Positions 28,415 through 37,407 of a stretch of DNA of 64,000 nt are shown one piece after another. The position numbers were made by a program, and so were the translations under genes. Location: positions 32,723-96,722 of the forward strand of contig JAGPNG010000003.1 in the NCBI GenBank assembly GCA_018052475.1, written 5' to 3'. Under the pieces are notes generated by a model that saw only the letters and a list, made by a program, of their open reading frames with translations, did no database searches and was not told the origin of the DNA. Source of the DNA: Candidatus Fermentithermobacillaceae bacterium (GTDB lineage Bacteria > Bacillota > Sulfobacillia > Fermentithermobacillales > Fermentithermobacillaceae). The number at the start of each line of letters is the position of its first letter. Position 1 is the stretch's first letter.

Positions 28415-29599
28415 TCAAAACTGATCGTACAAGAGTCCGGCAAAGCACATTAGCCCAAATTGGATCCCTGGTACCAGGGAATCTATATAAAGAAACTCAG
28501 TGGTTTTGTGCCCGTTTTCTGACCGTTTGAAGCCCATTGTAACTGCTGGCCACCCTCGAGATAGAGGTATATTCGAATCTGTGCTGCTCGAACCAAGAGA
28601 AAGGTCATGACCCAACTCTTTGCCCAATGCCAATAGCCCCTGTACATAAGGTGAATCAACCGAAATTGCTCCTGTCGGCCGATCGCCCACAACTTTCACT
28701 GAATACTCTGTTCCTGTGGAAGAAGCTGCTTCTGAGAGACATGCCATCACCTGTTCTTCAAGTTTCGCTAAACATTCTGAGTCTACCGATCTCATATCCA
28801 GTAACATGTATGCGTTTTGCGCAATTGAGTTGACCGAATGTCCTCCATGGACAACGCCCACGTTATAGGTGGTCCGAGGAGTCTCGGGGACTTGAATTTG
28901 AGAAATATTCGCTATTGCCCTGCCTATGCCATAGATGGCGTTTGTATTACCGAAACTTCCCCAACTGTGCCCGCCCTGGCCAGAGAACTCTATGCGAAGG
29001 CGTCTGCTACCAACACCACTATTTACGATATGTCCCATTCCCCCATCTATATTCAAAAAAACAACGTTCTTAGGATGAATTTGGAACCCATCAAAGTCGT
29101 AATTCTCTATGTTATCGCAAAAGAATCGAGCTCCTCTCAGATCCCCCAGCCCTTCTTCTCCGACGGTCGCGACGAAAACGACCGGATGCTCAAGGGGCAA
29201 ATGTTCCCTGAATACTTTCCCGAGCAGCAACATACATGCCAAAGAAGCTGAGTTATCGCTAACCCCAGGCGCTGCAAGAATATTACCGTCCCTTTTGACG
29301 CTGAGATCCGTATCAAACGGGAAAACCGTATCCATGTGAACCATACTGACAATGGTCTTGCTGTCGTCTTTTCCGGGAAACAAGGCTAACACATTTCCAA
29401 CTTCGTCTCTTTTAACGAAAGGAAACCCCATGGTCTCCATGGTACTCTTCAAGAACTCAGAACGCTGTTGCTCTTCATTGCTCGGAGCCGGTACCTGCAC
29501 AATTTGAGTTATTAATTCGACATACTCATCCTCGCACCGGCTCAAATAATCTAGTCCTTCTTTAACAATGTCTTTTTGTCGCAAAACCTCTGAGATCAT
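28415..29599 (-). CDS. M20 family metallopeptidase (PepT-like)
   Basis: MVHMDTVFP, GVSDNSAS and GEEGLGDLRGA metal-ligand motifs. Start at the ATG at 29599, 6 nt after AAGGAGGG. Confidence 0.8.
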   Translation of the reverse strand: MISEVLRQKDIVKEGLDYLSRCEDEYVELITQIVQVPAPSNEEQQRSEFLKSTMETMGFPFVKRDEVGNVLALFPGKDDSKTIVSMVHMDTVFPFDTDLSVKRDGNILAAPGVSDNSASLACMLLLGKVFREHLPLEHPVVFVATVGEEGLGDLRGARFFCDNIENYDFDGFQIHPKNVVFLNIDGGMGHIVNSGVGSRRLRIEFSGQGGHSWGSFGNTNAIYGIGRAIANISQIQVPETPRTTYNVGVVHGGHSVNSIAQNAYMLLDMRSVDSECLAKLEEQVMACLSEAASSTGTEYSVKVVGDRPTGAISVDSPYVQGLLALGKELGHDLSLGSSSTDSNIPLSRGWPAVTMGFKRSENGHKTTEFLYIDSLVPGIQFGLMCFAGLLYDQF

Positions 29600-29720
29600 A
29601 CAGATCCCTCCTTTATCTATCATTTTACCACGTAGCAACAAGACGTTTCTTGCCCTTCTCGAGAAGGCAACTCAATTGTTCCAAAACCAAGCACATGACC
29701 CGTCCGCGATGTATAATATG

Positions 29721-29865
29721 GTTGGCAGTCTTCGGGGCAGGGTGAAATTCCCGACCGGTGGTAATGCCGCTTCGCAAGAAGCGGACGAGCCCGACAGCCC
29801 CAGCGGTTGAATCCGGTGAGATCCCGGTGCCGACAGTTATAGTCCGAATGGGAGGAGACTGGGGT
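29721..29865 (+). promoter_or_regulatory. cobalamin (B12) riboswitch aptamer
   Basis: GGTGAAATTCC (29741-29751), GCCGACAGTTATAGTCCGAATGGGAGG with a B12-box-like AGTCCGAATGGGAGG (29841-29855), and a P1-like CAGTC/GACTG closure. TATAAT at 29712-29717. Downstream, CCCCCT (29903-29908) can pair with the SD AGGGGG (29938-29943). Confidence 0.8.
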
Positions 29866-29950
29866 TATTTGTACTTTACCCACAGTTGCCTAAACGTTCT
29901 AACCCCCTGAAGTAGCCAGACTCAAATTCTCATATATAGGGGGTTTTCCA

Positions 29951-30472
29951 ATGGAAAAGAATCACTATTCGCTACTCACATTGGTAGTCCTGGGTCTGGT
30001 AACTTCAATAGTATTAGTATCTACTATGTTTCTTAAGTTACCAACCGCAACAGGCTACATCCACCTGGGAGACGGCGTTATCTTCGCTACCTCCCTTGCT
30101 CTCGGCCCGCTTTACGGCATCGTTGGTGGCGCCTTGGGCTCAGCGCTCGCAGACATACTTGGCGGGTATGTAGTATGGGCACCCTGGACTATGGTTATCA
30201 AAGGAGTAGCAGGCTTGATAGTGGCCAAACTTGGTTACAACAAGGATAGAAAGAAACAAATCTTAGCCATGATACTGGCAGCCATTTGGATCATAGCTGG
30301 CTATGCAGCAGGAACAGCTGTCATCTACTCGCCTATGGCAATCCTGCCTGAGGTAATGGGCAACATAGTTCAAACAGGCTCGGGGATACTTATTGGAGCA
30401 GTTCTCAGTCCCGTGTTGAGCAAGATCATATCAGAGATGGGTTTCGGCAGTAAGGCAGTGAAGGAAAACTAG
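29951..30472 (+). CDS. ECF-transporter S (substrate-capture) component, solitary, B12-riboswitch controlled
   Basis: 173 aa with about 5-6 TM helices. GYIHLGDGVIFA motif typical of ECF S components. No EcfA/EcfT genes adjacent. Confidence 0.7.
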   Translation: MEKNHYSLLTLVVLGLVTSIVLVSTMFLKLPTATGYIHLGDGVIFATSLALGPLYGIVGGALGSALADILGGYVVWAPWTMVIKGVAGLIVAKLGYNKDRKKQILAMILAAIWIIAGYAAGTAVIYSPMAILPEVMGNIVQTGSGILIGAVLSPVLSKIISEMGFGSKAVKEN

Positions 30473-30473
30473 C

Positions 30474-30535
30474 AAAAAATACACGTTGTCCGGCAAGAAC
30501 CCAGTGGTTCAAAAACACCGGACAACGTGCTTTTA
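30474..30535 (+). terminator. bidirectional terminator between the ECF-S gene and the lyase gene
   Basis: 12-bp perfect stem CACGTTGTCCGG/CCGGACAACGTG, followed by CTTTTAT. An A run upstream serves the opposite strand. Confidence 0.65.
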
Positions 30536-30558
30536 TCAAGTGCTTGTATCATCGAAGC

Positions 30559-31953
30559 CTATCTTACTCTTTCAAACCTTGCGGTAAAATGACGAAGCAC
30601 CGGTGCTTCGTGTACAATCCTAAGACCGTCTATTAACGACGCGCGTTCCTTCACTCTTTTTAACGTCCTAGCTACGTACTCCATATGTCTATCTGTGTAC
30701 ACTCTTCTAGGTATTGCCAATCGTACGAGTTCCAATTCGGGCCAAATGTCATCGCCGGTTTGGGGATCCTTATGTCCAAAAGCACATCCGCCAAGTTCAA
30801 CTCCCCTAACTCCCCCTTCTGTATACAATTCAACAGTCAGGGTCTGAGCAGGAAATTCATGCCTAGGTATATGAGGCAGCAGAGATTTCGCGTCAACGTA
30901 TATTCCATGTCCTCCGCTGGGCTTCACAATAGGAATATCGTATGAGGTAAGAAGGTCGCCAAGATAAGCTACCTGGCCAATCCGGTCTTCCAGATAGCGT
31001 TCGTCCAGAACTTCCCGGAGACCTCTTGCCACCGCTTCCAGATCTCTTCCGGCAAGCCCCCCGTAGGTCGCGAAGCCCTCGAAGGGTATTTGCCACTCAA
31101 TCGCCTTTTCGTAGTTCTCCCTCTTCTTGAAGGCAATGAACCCTCCTATGTTCACTAATGCGTCTTTTTTCGCGCTCATGGTACAACCGTCACCATAAGA
31201 GAACATTTCTCTTACAATATCTATAATTGATCTATCCTCATACCCTGGTTCTAGTTTTTTAATAAAATAGGCATTTTCAGCAAATCGAGCAGCATCAAAG
31301 AACATTGGAATACCATATTTGTCTGCAATAGCCCTTACCCCTCTTATGTTCTCCATAGAAACCGGCTGCCCGCCGTTGTTGTTGCATGTTATCGTTACCA
31401 ATATCAGTGCTGCTTTCTTTTTGTCTTTCTTGATTTCTTCTTCCAGCAAATTGAGGTCGAAATTCCCCTTGAAAGGAGCTTCTGCTGAGACGTTGTATCC
31501 GACTTCCGCAAGACAATTCACAGGCTGCGCTCCTCGAAGAAGAATGTGCCCTTCGGTCGTGTCAAAATGCATATTGCCAAGAACGCGATCCCCCGGCTCG
31601 ACAAAGATGTTCATAAGGATATGTTCTGCGCCCCTGCCTTGATGTGTTGGAGCTACATATTCGTAACCCATAACGCTTCTTACTGAATCTTTCAAGTGAT
31701 AATAGTTCTTGCTCCCAGCGTACGACTCATCACCCATCATCATGCCAGCCCATTGGTAATCCGACATAGCCGCGGTTCCGCTGTCAGTCAGAAGGTCTAT
31801 GTATACAGCCTCAGCGGGCAGAGAAAACACGTTGTATCCCGCCTCGCTTATTAACCGCTCGCGCGTCGGCCGATCTGCTAACTCTATCTTCTCGATCATC
31901 TTGATTTTGTACGGTTCAGCGTAGTCCCGACGTTCTCTAAACATTAGATTCAC
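30559..31953 (-). CDS. beta-eliminating lyase (tryptophanase / tyrosine phenol-lyase family)
   Basis: AEPYKIKMIE, DLLTDSGTAAMS and the PLP-lysine region SAKKDALVNIGG. Trp versus Tyr specificity cannot be assigned by eye. The start could also be the ATG at 31944. Confidence 0.85.
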   Translation of the reverse strand: MNLMFRERRDYAEPYKIKMIEKIELADRPTRERLISEAGYNVFSLPAEAVYIDLLTDSGTAAMSDYQWAGMMMGDESYAGSKNYYHLKDSVRSVMGYEYVAPTHQGRGAEHILMNIFVEPGDRVLGNMHFDTTEGHILLRGAQPVNCLAEVGYNVSAEAPFKGNFDLNLLEEEIKKDKKKAALILVTITCNNNGGQPVSMENIRGVRAIADKYGIPMFFDAARFAENAYFIKKLEPGYEDRSIIDIVREMFSYGDGCTMSAKKDALVNIGGFIAFKKRENYEKAIEWQIPFEGFATYGGLAGRDLEAVARGLREVLDERYLEDRIGQVAYLGDLLTSYDIPIVKPSGGHGIYVDAKSLLPHIPRHEFPAQTLTVELYTEGGVRGVELGGCAFGHKDPQTGDDIWPELELVRLAIPRRVYTDRHMEYVARTLKRVKERASLIDGLRIVHEAPVLRHFTARFERVR

Positions 31954-32912
31954 TCACTTTCAGGGCATTTTTGCATACTACACAGCCTTTCGAGCACTTT
32001 CTCAGCACCCGAGATGACATCATCTATAATTGCCTTACATGATTCCTCTTTGCGTACCATTGCCGAAACTTGTCCAGCCATAAGCGATCCGTATTCTACG
32101 TCTCCGTCGACAACCGCCCGTCTCAGGGCTCCCGCCCCTATCGCCTCTATTTCTCTCGGTGATAACCCTTTGGCTTCTGCTTCCAAAAACTGTTTGGCAA
32201 GTTTGTTGCTTAGCACACGTACCGGATGCCCTGTACTTCTACCTGTTACAACCGTACTCCTGTCACGGGCCGAAATAATTGCCTTCTTATAATTGGGATG
32301 GACGGTGCACTCCTTCGCGCAAACGAAACGAGTACCCATCTGTACTCCGCTCGCTCCAAGAGCTAGCGCCGCAACCAGGCCTCTCCCATCGTATATCCCA
32401 CCTGCTGCTACAACAGGGATCGATACCGCATCAACTATCTGGGGAACCAGAGGCATGGTCGCGATGTCGCCAATGTGTCCTCCGCATTCCATCCCCTCCG
32501 CAATCAGAGCGTCTACACCTGTTCGTTCAAGCCTTCTAGCAAGGTTTACCGACGCTACTACGGATAGAGTCCTTATCCCTTCGTCTTTGAATCTTGGTAT
32601 ATACTTACCTGGATTTCCTGCCCCCGTAACTACTATCGGTACCTTTTCTTCTATTACCAAGTCGATAATCTCTTCAGCCAAAGGCGACAAGAGATACACG
32701 TTGACGCCGAAAGGCTTTCTGGTAAGCGCCCTTGTCTTCTCAATTTCTTTCCGAACCACTTCCCTTGGAGCATTTCCTACACCGATAACTCCTAGCCCGC
32801 CTGCCTCGCTCACAGCAGCTGCCAGTTCACCTGTGGCTACCCACGCCATTCCTCCTTGTATAATTGGGTATTGAACATCAAGAAGATCACAAAGGACAGT
32901 TCTAATGGTCAC
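31950..32912 (-). CDS. FMN-dependent enoyl-ACP reductase FabK / nitronate monooxygenase family protein
   Basis: YPIIQGGMAWVATGELAAAVSEAGGLGVIG and GIYDGRG motifs. Start set to the GTG at 32912, 6 nt after AGGAGGG; the longest ORF starts at 32969. Confidence 0.8.
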   Translation of the reverse strand: MTIRTVLCDLLDVQYPIIQGGMAWVATGELAAAVSEAGGLGVIGVGNAPREVVRKEIEKTRALTRKPFGVNVYLLSPLAEEIIDLVIEEKVPIVVTGAGNPGKYIPRFKDEGIRTLSVVASVNLARRLERTGVDALIAEGMECGGHIGDIATMPLVPQIVDAVSIPVVAAGGIYDGRGLVAALALGASGVQMGTRFVCAKECTVHPNYKKAIISARDRSTVVTGRSTGHPVRVLSNKLAKQFLEAEAKGLSPREIEAIGAGALRRAVVDGDVEYGSLMAGQVSAMVRKEESCKAIIDDVISGAEKVLERLCSMQKCPESE

Positions 32913-33016
32913 CAATCTCCCTCCTATCAAGTACAACGCAGAAGTGACTGAAGGTATATAGTCACTCACTAGCTGATGCAGTCTTGCCGCGTGTGTATCG
33001 CATCATTCAGTATAGT

Positions 33017-33868
33017 TTAACTATCTTCTCTCAATACTTCCATAACCAAATAATCAGACGGATCTGGGTGCCAGCCGTTTTTATGCAGCACCTCTTCAAG
33101 TTCAGCATTTCCGGCCGGGTACAGACACGATATTGAAGGAACCCCAAGCTCTACGGCCTTTGCGTTAGCAAAATCGAGAGCTTTTTGGAAATTACCGCCT
33201 ATAAACCCTACATGCAAGGATAGATCGGCCTGAAATCTAGCACCGAAGGACAGAAAAGTTCCATCCTCGGGATCTGAATATAGTTTGGACTCGTCAAGCC
33301 ACGACCGCACCAAATCTGGCGTAGCTTCGTAGAAAGTCCGATTCATGACGCAGAATCTGCCCCAAGTGTTCTTTACCTCTCTACATAACTGATCTACTGA
33401 CAAACCATCTGCGTCTGGCCGCAACAGCCGGAAAGAACCTGCGTTCACGCTTGGGTTTACCCTGCAAGAAGCTCCTTTACAGGTAGAGGTAACACGCAGA
33501 CCAAACTTCTCAGCCAAGCCTTTACTGGCTTGGTTTTTTATGCCGGTATACATACGCATAGTTGGCAATCTCTTTTCTTCTGCGAGATCAAAGAAACGTC
33601 TGTAGAACTTCTTCCCTATCCCCTGCCCCTGAACTTCAGGTATGACCCGCAGCGCCTCTAACCAGGCAGAACCGTCATATAGGATAGTGAGCTTTCCAAC
33701 ACCTACCAGTTTATTTCCTACCTCTGCTACACAAAACTCTCCTACGTCATCATGCACCCAATGCTCAAACATAGTTCCCAAATACCTCAGATTGGGAGTA
33801 GCTTTCTCTTCAATTTGAATTACCCTAGCTTTGTCCTCAATCCTAACCCGCCGTAACGTCGCTTGCAT
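33017..33868 (-). CDS. GNAT family N-acetyltransferase with an extra C-terminal domain
   Basis: Acetyl-CoA motif VQGQGIGKKFYRRF. Start at the ATG at 33868 after AAGGTGG; the longest ORF starts at 33961. Confidence 0.7.
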   Translation of the reverse strand: MQATLRRVRIEDKARVIQIEEKATPNLRYLGTMFEHWVHDDVGEFCVAEVGNKLVGVGKLTILYDGSAWLEALRVIPEVQGQGIGKKFYRRFFDLAEEKRLPTMRMYTGIKNQASKGLAEKFGLRVTSTCKGASCRVNPSVNAGSFRLLRPDADGLSVDQLCREVKNTWGRFCVMNRTFYEATPDLVRSWLDESKLYSDPEDGTFLSFGARFQADLSLHVGFIGGNFQKALDFANAKAVELGVPSISCLYPAGNAELEEVLHKNGWHPDPSDYLVMEVLREDS

Positions 33869-34012
33869 AATGGCACCCACCTTTTCTACTACAACCCTAT
33901 AGTCTATCCACCCATCTAGATGATAAAGACTCCCACATGGGTGTTCTCTTCCAAGTTCCATGAGAGTCTCTAGTTTCCTGCAACATCAGTCACCCAAGCT
34001 TATGTCTGTTAC

Positions 34013-34055
34013 GACGAAAAGGTGCTCCCCCTCGTCAGGCAAGGAAGGAGCACCT
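34013..34055 (-). terminator. intrinsic terminator after the SIMPL gene
   Basis: Stem GGTGCTCC/GGAGCACC with a UUUU tail on the minus strand. Confidence 0.5.
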
Positions 34056-34083
34056 GAAACTACAGAATCTAAGATATTGATGA

Positions 34084-34827
34084 CTAGAATGTAAAGTCCA
34101 TTCGAACCGTGGCAGTTATGGTGACTTCACCAGGCTCTATAGGCGTTTCATCCATCTGCGCCTCTGCGAAGTTGGCAGTTTTTCGTACCGAAGACACAGA
34201 AACCCATCCGTCAGATATGTTAATGACATCCTTAATCGTAACTCCTGCGGCTTTTGCCATAACTTCCGCTTTATGTCGGGCGTGTTCTACAGCCTTGGCC
34301 AAAACCTGGTCCTGATATTTCTTGGGATCAAGCACTCCAAAAGATATGCCTCCAACATTTGTAGCTCCAGCCTTTACAGTCGCGTCAATTATCTGACCTA
34401 TCTTCGAAAGATCCTTGATCCTTACAGTGACCGTATTGTTACACCTATAGCCTATCAACATCTGCTGACTAGTCCGCGCATTTTCTATGGTTTCATAGAC
34501 CGGATATAGCGCGAAATCGGAAGTCTGAATATCTTCTCTGGAAATCCCTTGTGCTAGGAGTTCTGATATCACTTTGTTCATAAGCGATGAGTTTTCCGCC
34601 TGAGCTTCTTGCGCTGTAGATGCATTGGTTTCGACTCCAAAGCTCACTGTGGCAACATCTGGCTTTACATATATCGTAAATTCGCCACTTACAGAGATTA
34701 CTCTCCTCTCAACCTCCTCGGCTCTGACCTCTGGAGCATAGACACCTTGAAACACAGACAGGCAAAGCACAACCACGATCAAGATCACAATTCTCCGAAA
34801 GGTCTTAGTGTTCTCGATGAAAGACAT
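34084..34827 (-). CDS. SIMPL/DUF541 domain secreted protein
   Basis: Signal/TM segment, then ISVSGEFTIYVKPDVATVSFGVET, typical of SIMPL (26-kDa periplasmic immunogenic protein family). Confidence 0.75.
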   Translation of the reverse strand: MSFIENTKTFRRIVILIVVVLCLSVFQGVYAPEVRAEEVERRVISVSGEFTIYVKPDVATVSFGVETNASTAQEAQAENSSLMNKVISELLAQGISREDIQTSDFALYPVYETIENARTSQQMLIGYRCNNTVTVRIKDLSKIGQIIDATVKAGATNVGGISFGVLDPKKYQDQVLAKAVEHARHKAEVMAKAAGVTIKDVINISDGWVSVSSVRKTANFAEAQMDETPIEPGEVTITATVRMDFTF

Positions 34828-35034
34828 CGCGGTTCAACCCCTTATCCCCATAGTATTTGTGGACGTCCCACATTGTCTCATATGGCTCATTAATCTCTTC
34901 ATTATTCCGCCCTTATTGACGTAACAACTTGAGATGTGTTCCTGTGCTTTATTTGATAGAATCCGTCAATAAGGATAGAATTCTTGTAGCAGCAATCATC
35001 TTCCTCATAATTACATTTGCGAGGTGGTGACCGT

Positions 35035-35667
35035 ATGGAGTTCATGGCACCTCGAAAACTCGGAAACTCAGAGATCGTGGTGAAAAAATCCAGGTTCATT
35101 GGGCAAGCTGCACCGTGCTTTTCTGAACAAGAAGCATCTGAGTTCATCTCTAATGTAAAAAGAGAACATTCTGGAGCAACTCATAACGTTTATGCATACT
35201 GCATAGGAATCGGCGACTTTGCGGAAAGAGCTTCCGACGACGGGGAGCCAAGAGGCACCGCAGGATATCCAATACTTGCAGTCATCAAGAAGCAAGACAT
35301 ACAAAACGTTGTCGTTACGGTAACCAGGTATTTTGGAGGGATTAAGCTTGGCGCCGGAGGATTAATCCGAGCCTATAGCACAACTGCCTCCCTTGCACTT
35401 AATGACGCAGGGCTAGCTCTTTATAGATACCACGACTTGGTTACCATATCTTGTGACTACAATCAATTCGGGGGCGTGCAGCGAACAATTGAAGGGTTAG
35501 GATGCAAGACTGCTAAGATATCTTATGCAGAAAAAGTCACAATCCAGGCATATGTTATACCCGAGGATATATCGAGTCTCAAGTCTCTCATACAAGAATT
35601 GACTTCCAACAAGGCACATTTCGAGGTATCTCAGGGCATGTATATAGCGGTACGTAACCTGAAATGA
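35035..35667 (+). CDS. YigZ/IMPACT family protein
   Basis: KKSRFIG...HNVYAY...DDGEPRGTAG...YFGGIKLG motifs. ATG at 35035, 7 nt after GAGGTGG. Confidence 0.85.
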   Translation: MEFMAPRKLGNSEIVVKKSRFIGQAAPCFSEQEASEFISNVKREHSGATHNVYAYCIGIGDFAERASDDGEPRGTAGYPILAVIKKQDIQNVVVTVTRYFGGIKLGAGGLIRAYSTTASLALNDAGLALYRYHDLVTISCDYNQFGGVQRTIEGLGCKTAKISYAEKVTIQAYVIPEDISSLKSLIQELTSNKAHFEVSQGMYIAVRNLK

Positions 35668-35753
35668 TCGCAACGGGTCAAGGTATCGACTCTATATGGC
35701 TTCGCCCAGCGATACGCTCGACCCGTTTTTCCATCGAACTCACGAATTTTCGG

Positions 35754-37220
35754 CTACTTATCCTCGAACATATCGAACGCCGGCACCACGTCGGCCGGAA
35801 GTGCACTCTTGAAAGGTCTCCCGCCGGTTCTATTCAAAAACTCTTTTTTGGCTTCATCAATGAGCGTCTTATCAGTTATCAACATAAGACCTGCTTGGGT
35901 CAGCGTTTTTGCCGCGCTCAGCATGCCTTGATGGCCTATGTTCATCCCTACCTGAGCCGTGTACTGCCATGAATGACCGGGAGTTCCCAGCGCAACGCAA
36001 GCTGTGTTGAACTGTTCGGTCGGCGTACACCAGCTTGCCTCCCCGACATCAGTCGAACCCCTAGAATCGGGTGGGGAATCCGGGCGTCCCAAAACTTCAT
36101 CATTTAGGACTTTACCAACCAGTTTTGCTCTATCTGCGTCTGGCAGTTTCTCATCATCTATCATTTCCTCGAATTTCTTGGGGAAAGTCCGCTCGATCTT
36201 TCGCGCAAATTCGGCATCATCTTCTGAAAACCTAGGCGCGCCGGCTACAGACATAGCCCGTCTCAGAACATCTTGAAGAACCTCGTTCGGAAGAACTTCA
36301 TGTACGGCTTCTAAGACTTGAACATCATACGTAGTTTCGGTCATGATCGCTGCGCCTTCAGCACACTTCAGAACCCTCTGGTAGATTTCTTCCAATTGTT
36401 GCATCCGAGGCGCACGCACATAGTACCAAACCGATGCGAGAGAGGGTACGACGTTAGGTTGCAGGCCGCCGTTTGTGGTGACATAGTGAATCCGGGCCTG
36501 TTCAATCACGTGCTCCCTAAGATAGTTAGCGCCAATATTCATGATTTCTACAGCATCAAGGGCACTTCTCCCTAGGTGTGGCGCACCACCCGCATGAGAG
36601 GCGATACCGTGAAAAGTCACTACCATAGACTTTACAGCCAAGGAGCTACCACCCCTAACTATGTTCATCGACCCGGGATGCCACGTCAGGCATACGTCGA
36701 GACCGTGAAAATAGCCGTCTCTTGCCATAAATGCCTTACCGCTAAAATTCTCTTCGGCAGGACAACCGAAGTATTTGATCGTTGCCTCAATCCCTCTGCC
36801 CACGAGTTCTTCTTTGAGCGCAACTGCTGCCGCAGCGCTCCCTACTCCTAAAAGGTTATGGCCGCACCCGTGTCCGGACCCGCCCGGTGTGAGTTCTTCC
36901 TTTTCCCAAGATACTTTCTGCGACACACCTGGTAAAGCATCGTATTCTCCTAGAAAACCTATGGTGGGCTCACCTTTGCCCCAGGTAGCCACAAACGCCG
37001 TGGGCATACCTGCTATACCGCTTTCAACGTCAAACCCATGTTTTTTCAAAAAACCTTCCAATGCCGCAGCCGACCGATATTCGTGGAGGCCAAGCTCGGC
37101 ATACTGCCAAATTTCGTCGCTAAGACATGTGATTTCTGTAGCATTTTGGTCAATCCATCGAAACCCCTCATCTGCCACAACGCCTCGACATTCCGAGTTC
37201 ACTTTATCTGTCATCTGCAC
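35754..37220 (-). CDS. M20D amidohydrolase, AbgB (p-aminobenzoyl-glutamate hydrolase B)-like
   Basis: FLGEYDALPGVSQ and GHGCGHNLLG motifs. 488 aa. Confidence 0.8.
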   Translation of the reverse strand: MQMTDKVNSECRGVVADEGFRWIDQNATEITCLSDEIWQYAELGLHEYRSAAALEGFLKKHGFDVESGIAGMPTAFVATWGKGEPTIGFLGEYDALPGVSQKVSWEKEELTPGGSGHGCGHNLLGVGSAAAAVALKEELVGRGIEATIKYFGCPAEENFSGKAFMARDGYFHGLDVCLTWHPGSMNIVRGGSSLAVKSMVVTFHGIASHAGGAPHLGRSALDAVEIMNIGANYLREHVIEQARIHYVTTNGGLQPNVVPSLASVWYYVRAPRMQQLEEIYQRVLKCAEGAAIMTETTYDVQVLEAVHEVLPNEVLQDVLRRAMSVAGAPRFSEDDAEFARKIERTFPKKFEEMIDDEKLPDADRAKLVGKVLNDEVLGRPDSPPDSRGSTDVGEASWCTPTEQFNTACVALGTPGHSWQYTAQVGMNIGHQGMLSAAKTLTQAGLMLITDKTLIDEAKKEFLNRTGGRPFKSALPADVVPAFDMFEDK

Positions 37221-37407
37221 TCCCCATTTCTCATGTAAGTTTGTGATCTGCCTTTAGCCCCATATCAGAAATAACCTATCAGAAACACTTTCTTCGACTT
37301 CTGAAATAGTAATTCCTCCAGAAGAAGGAATAAAGGCTTCACATGAGGAAACTCAACAGGAACCAGTATCAATCTGATTCGTGTATTACTTAAAGGAGGT
37401 GCTTTTT

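Noticed and set aside
32293-32874. 193-aa plus-strand ORF. Similar long antisense ORFs occur at 3842-4333, 36775-37257, 42901-43491, 56003-56515, 62276-62773 and 63517-63981.
   Set aside because: Each lies entirely antisense to a gene with strong family motifs. They have low-complexity Ser/Pro/Thr/Arg-rich translations and no SD. They are shadow ORFs of the real genes.
34836-34860. GGTTCAACCCC, a T-loop-like string suggesting a tRNA.
   Set aside because: No acceptor, D or anticodon arms can be folded around it.
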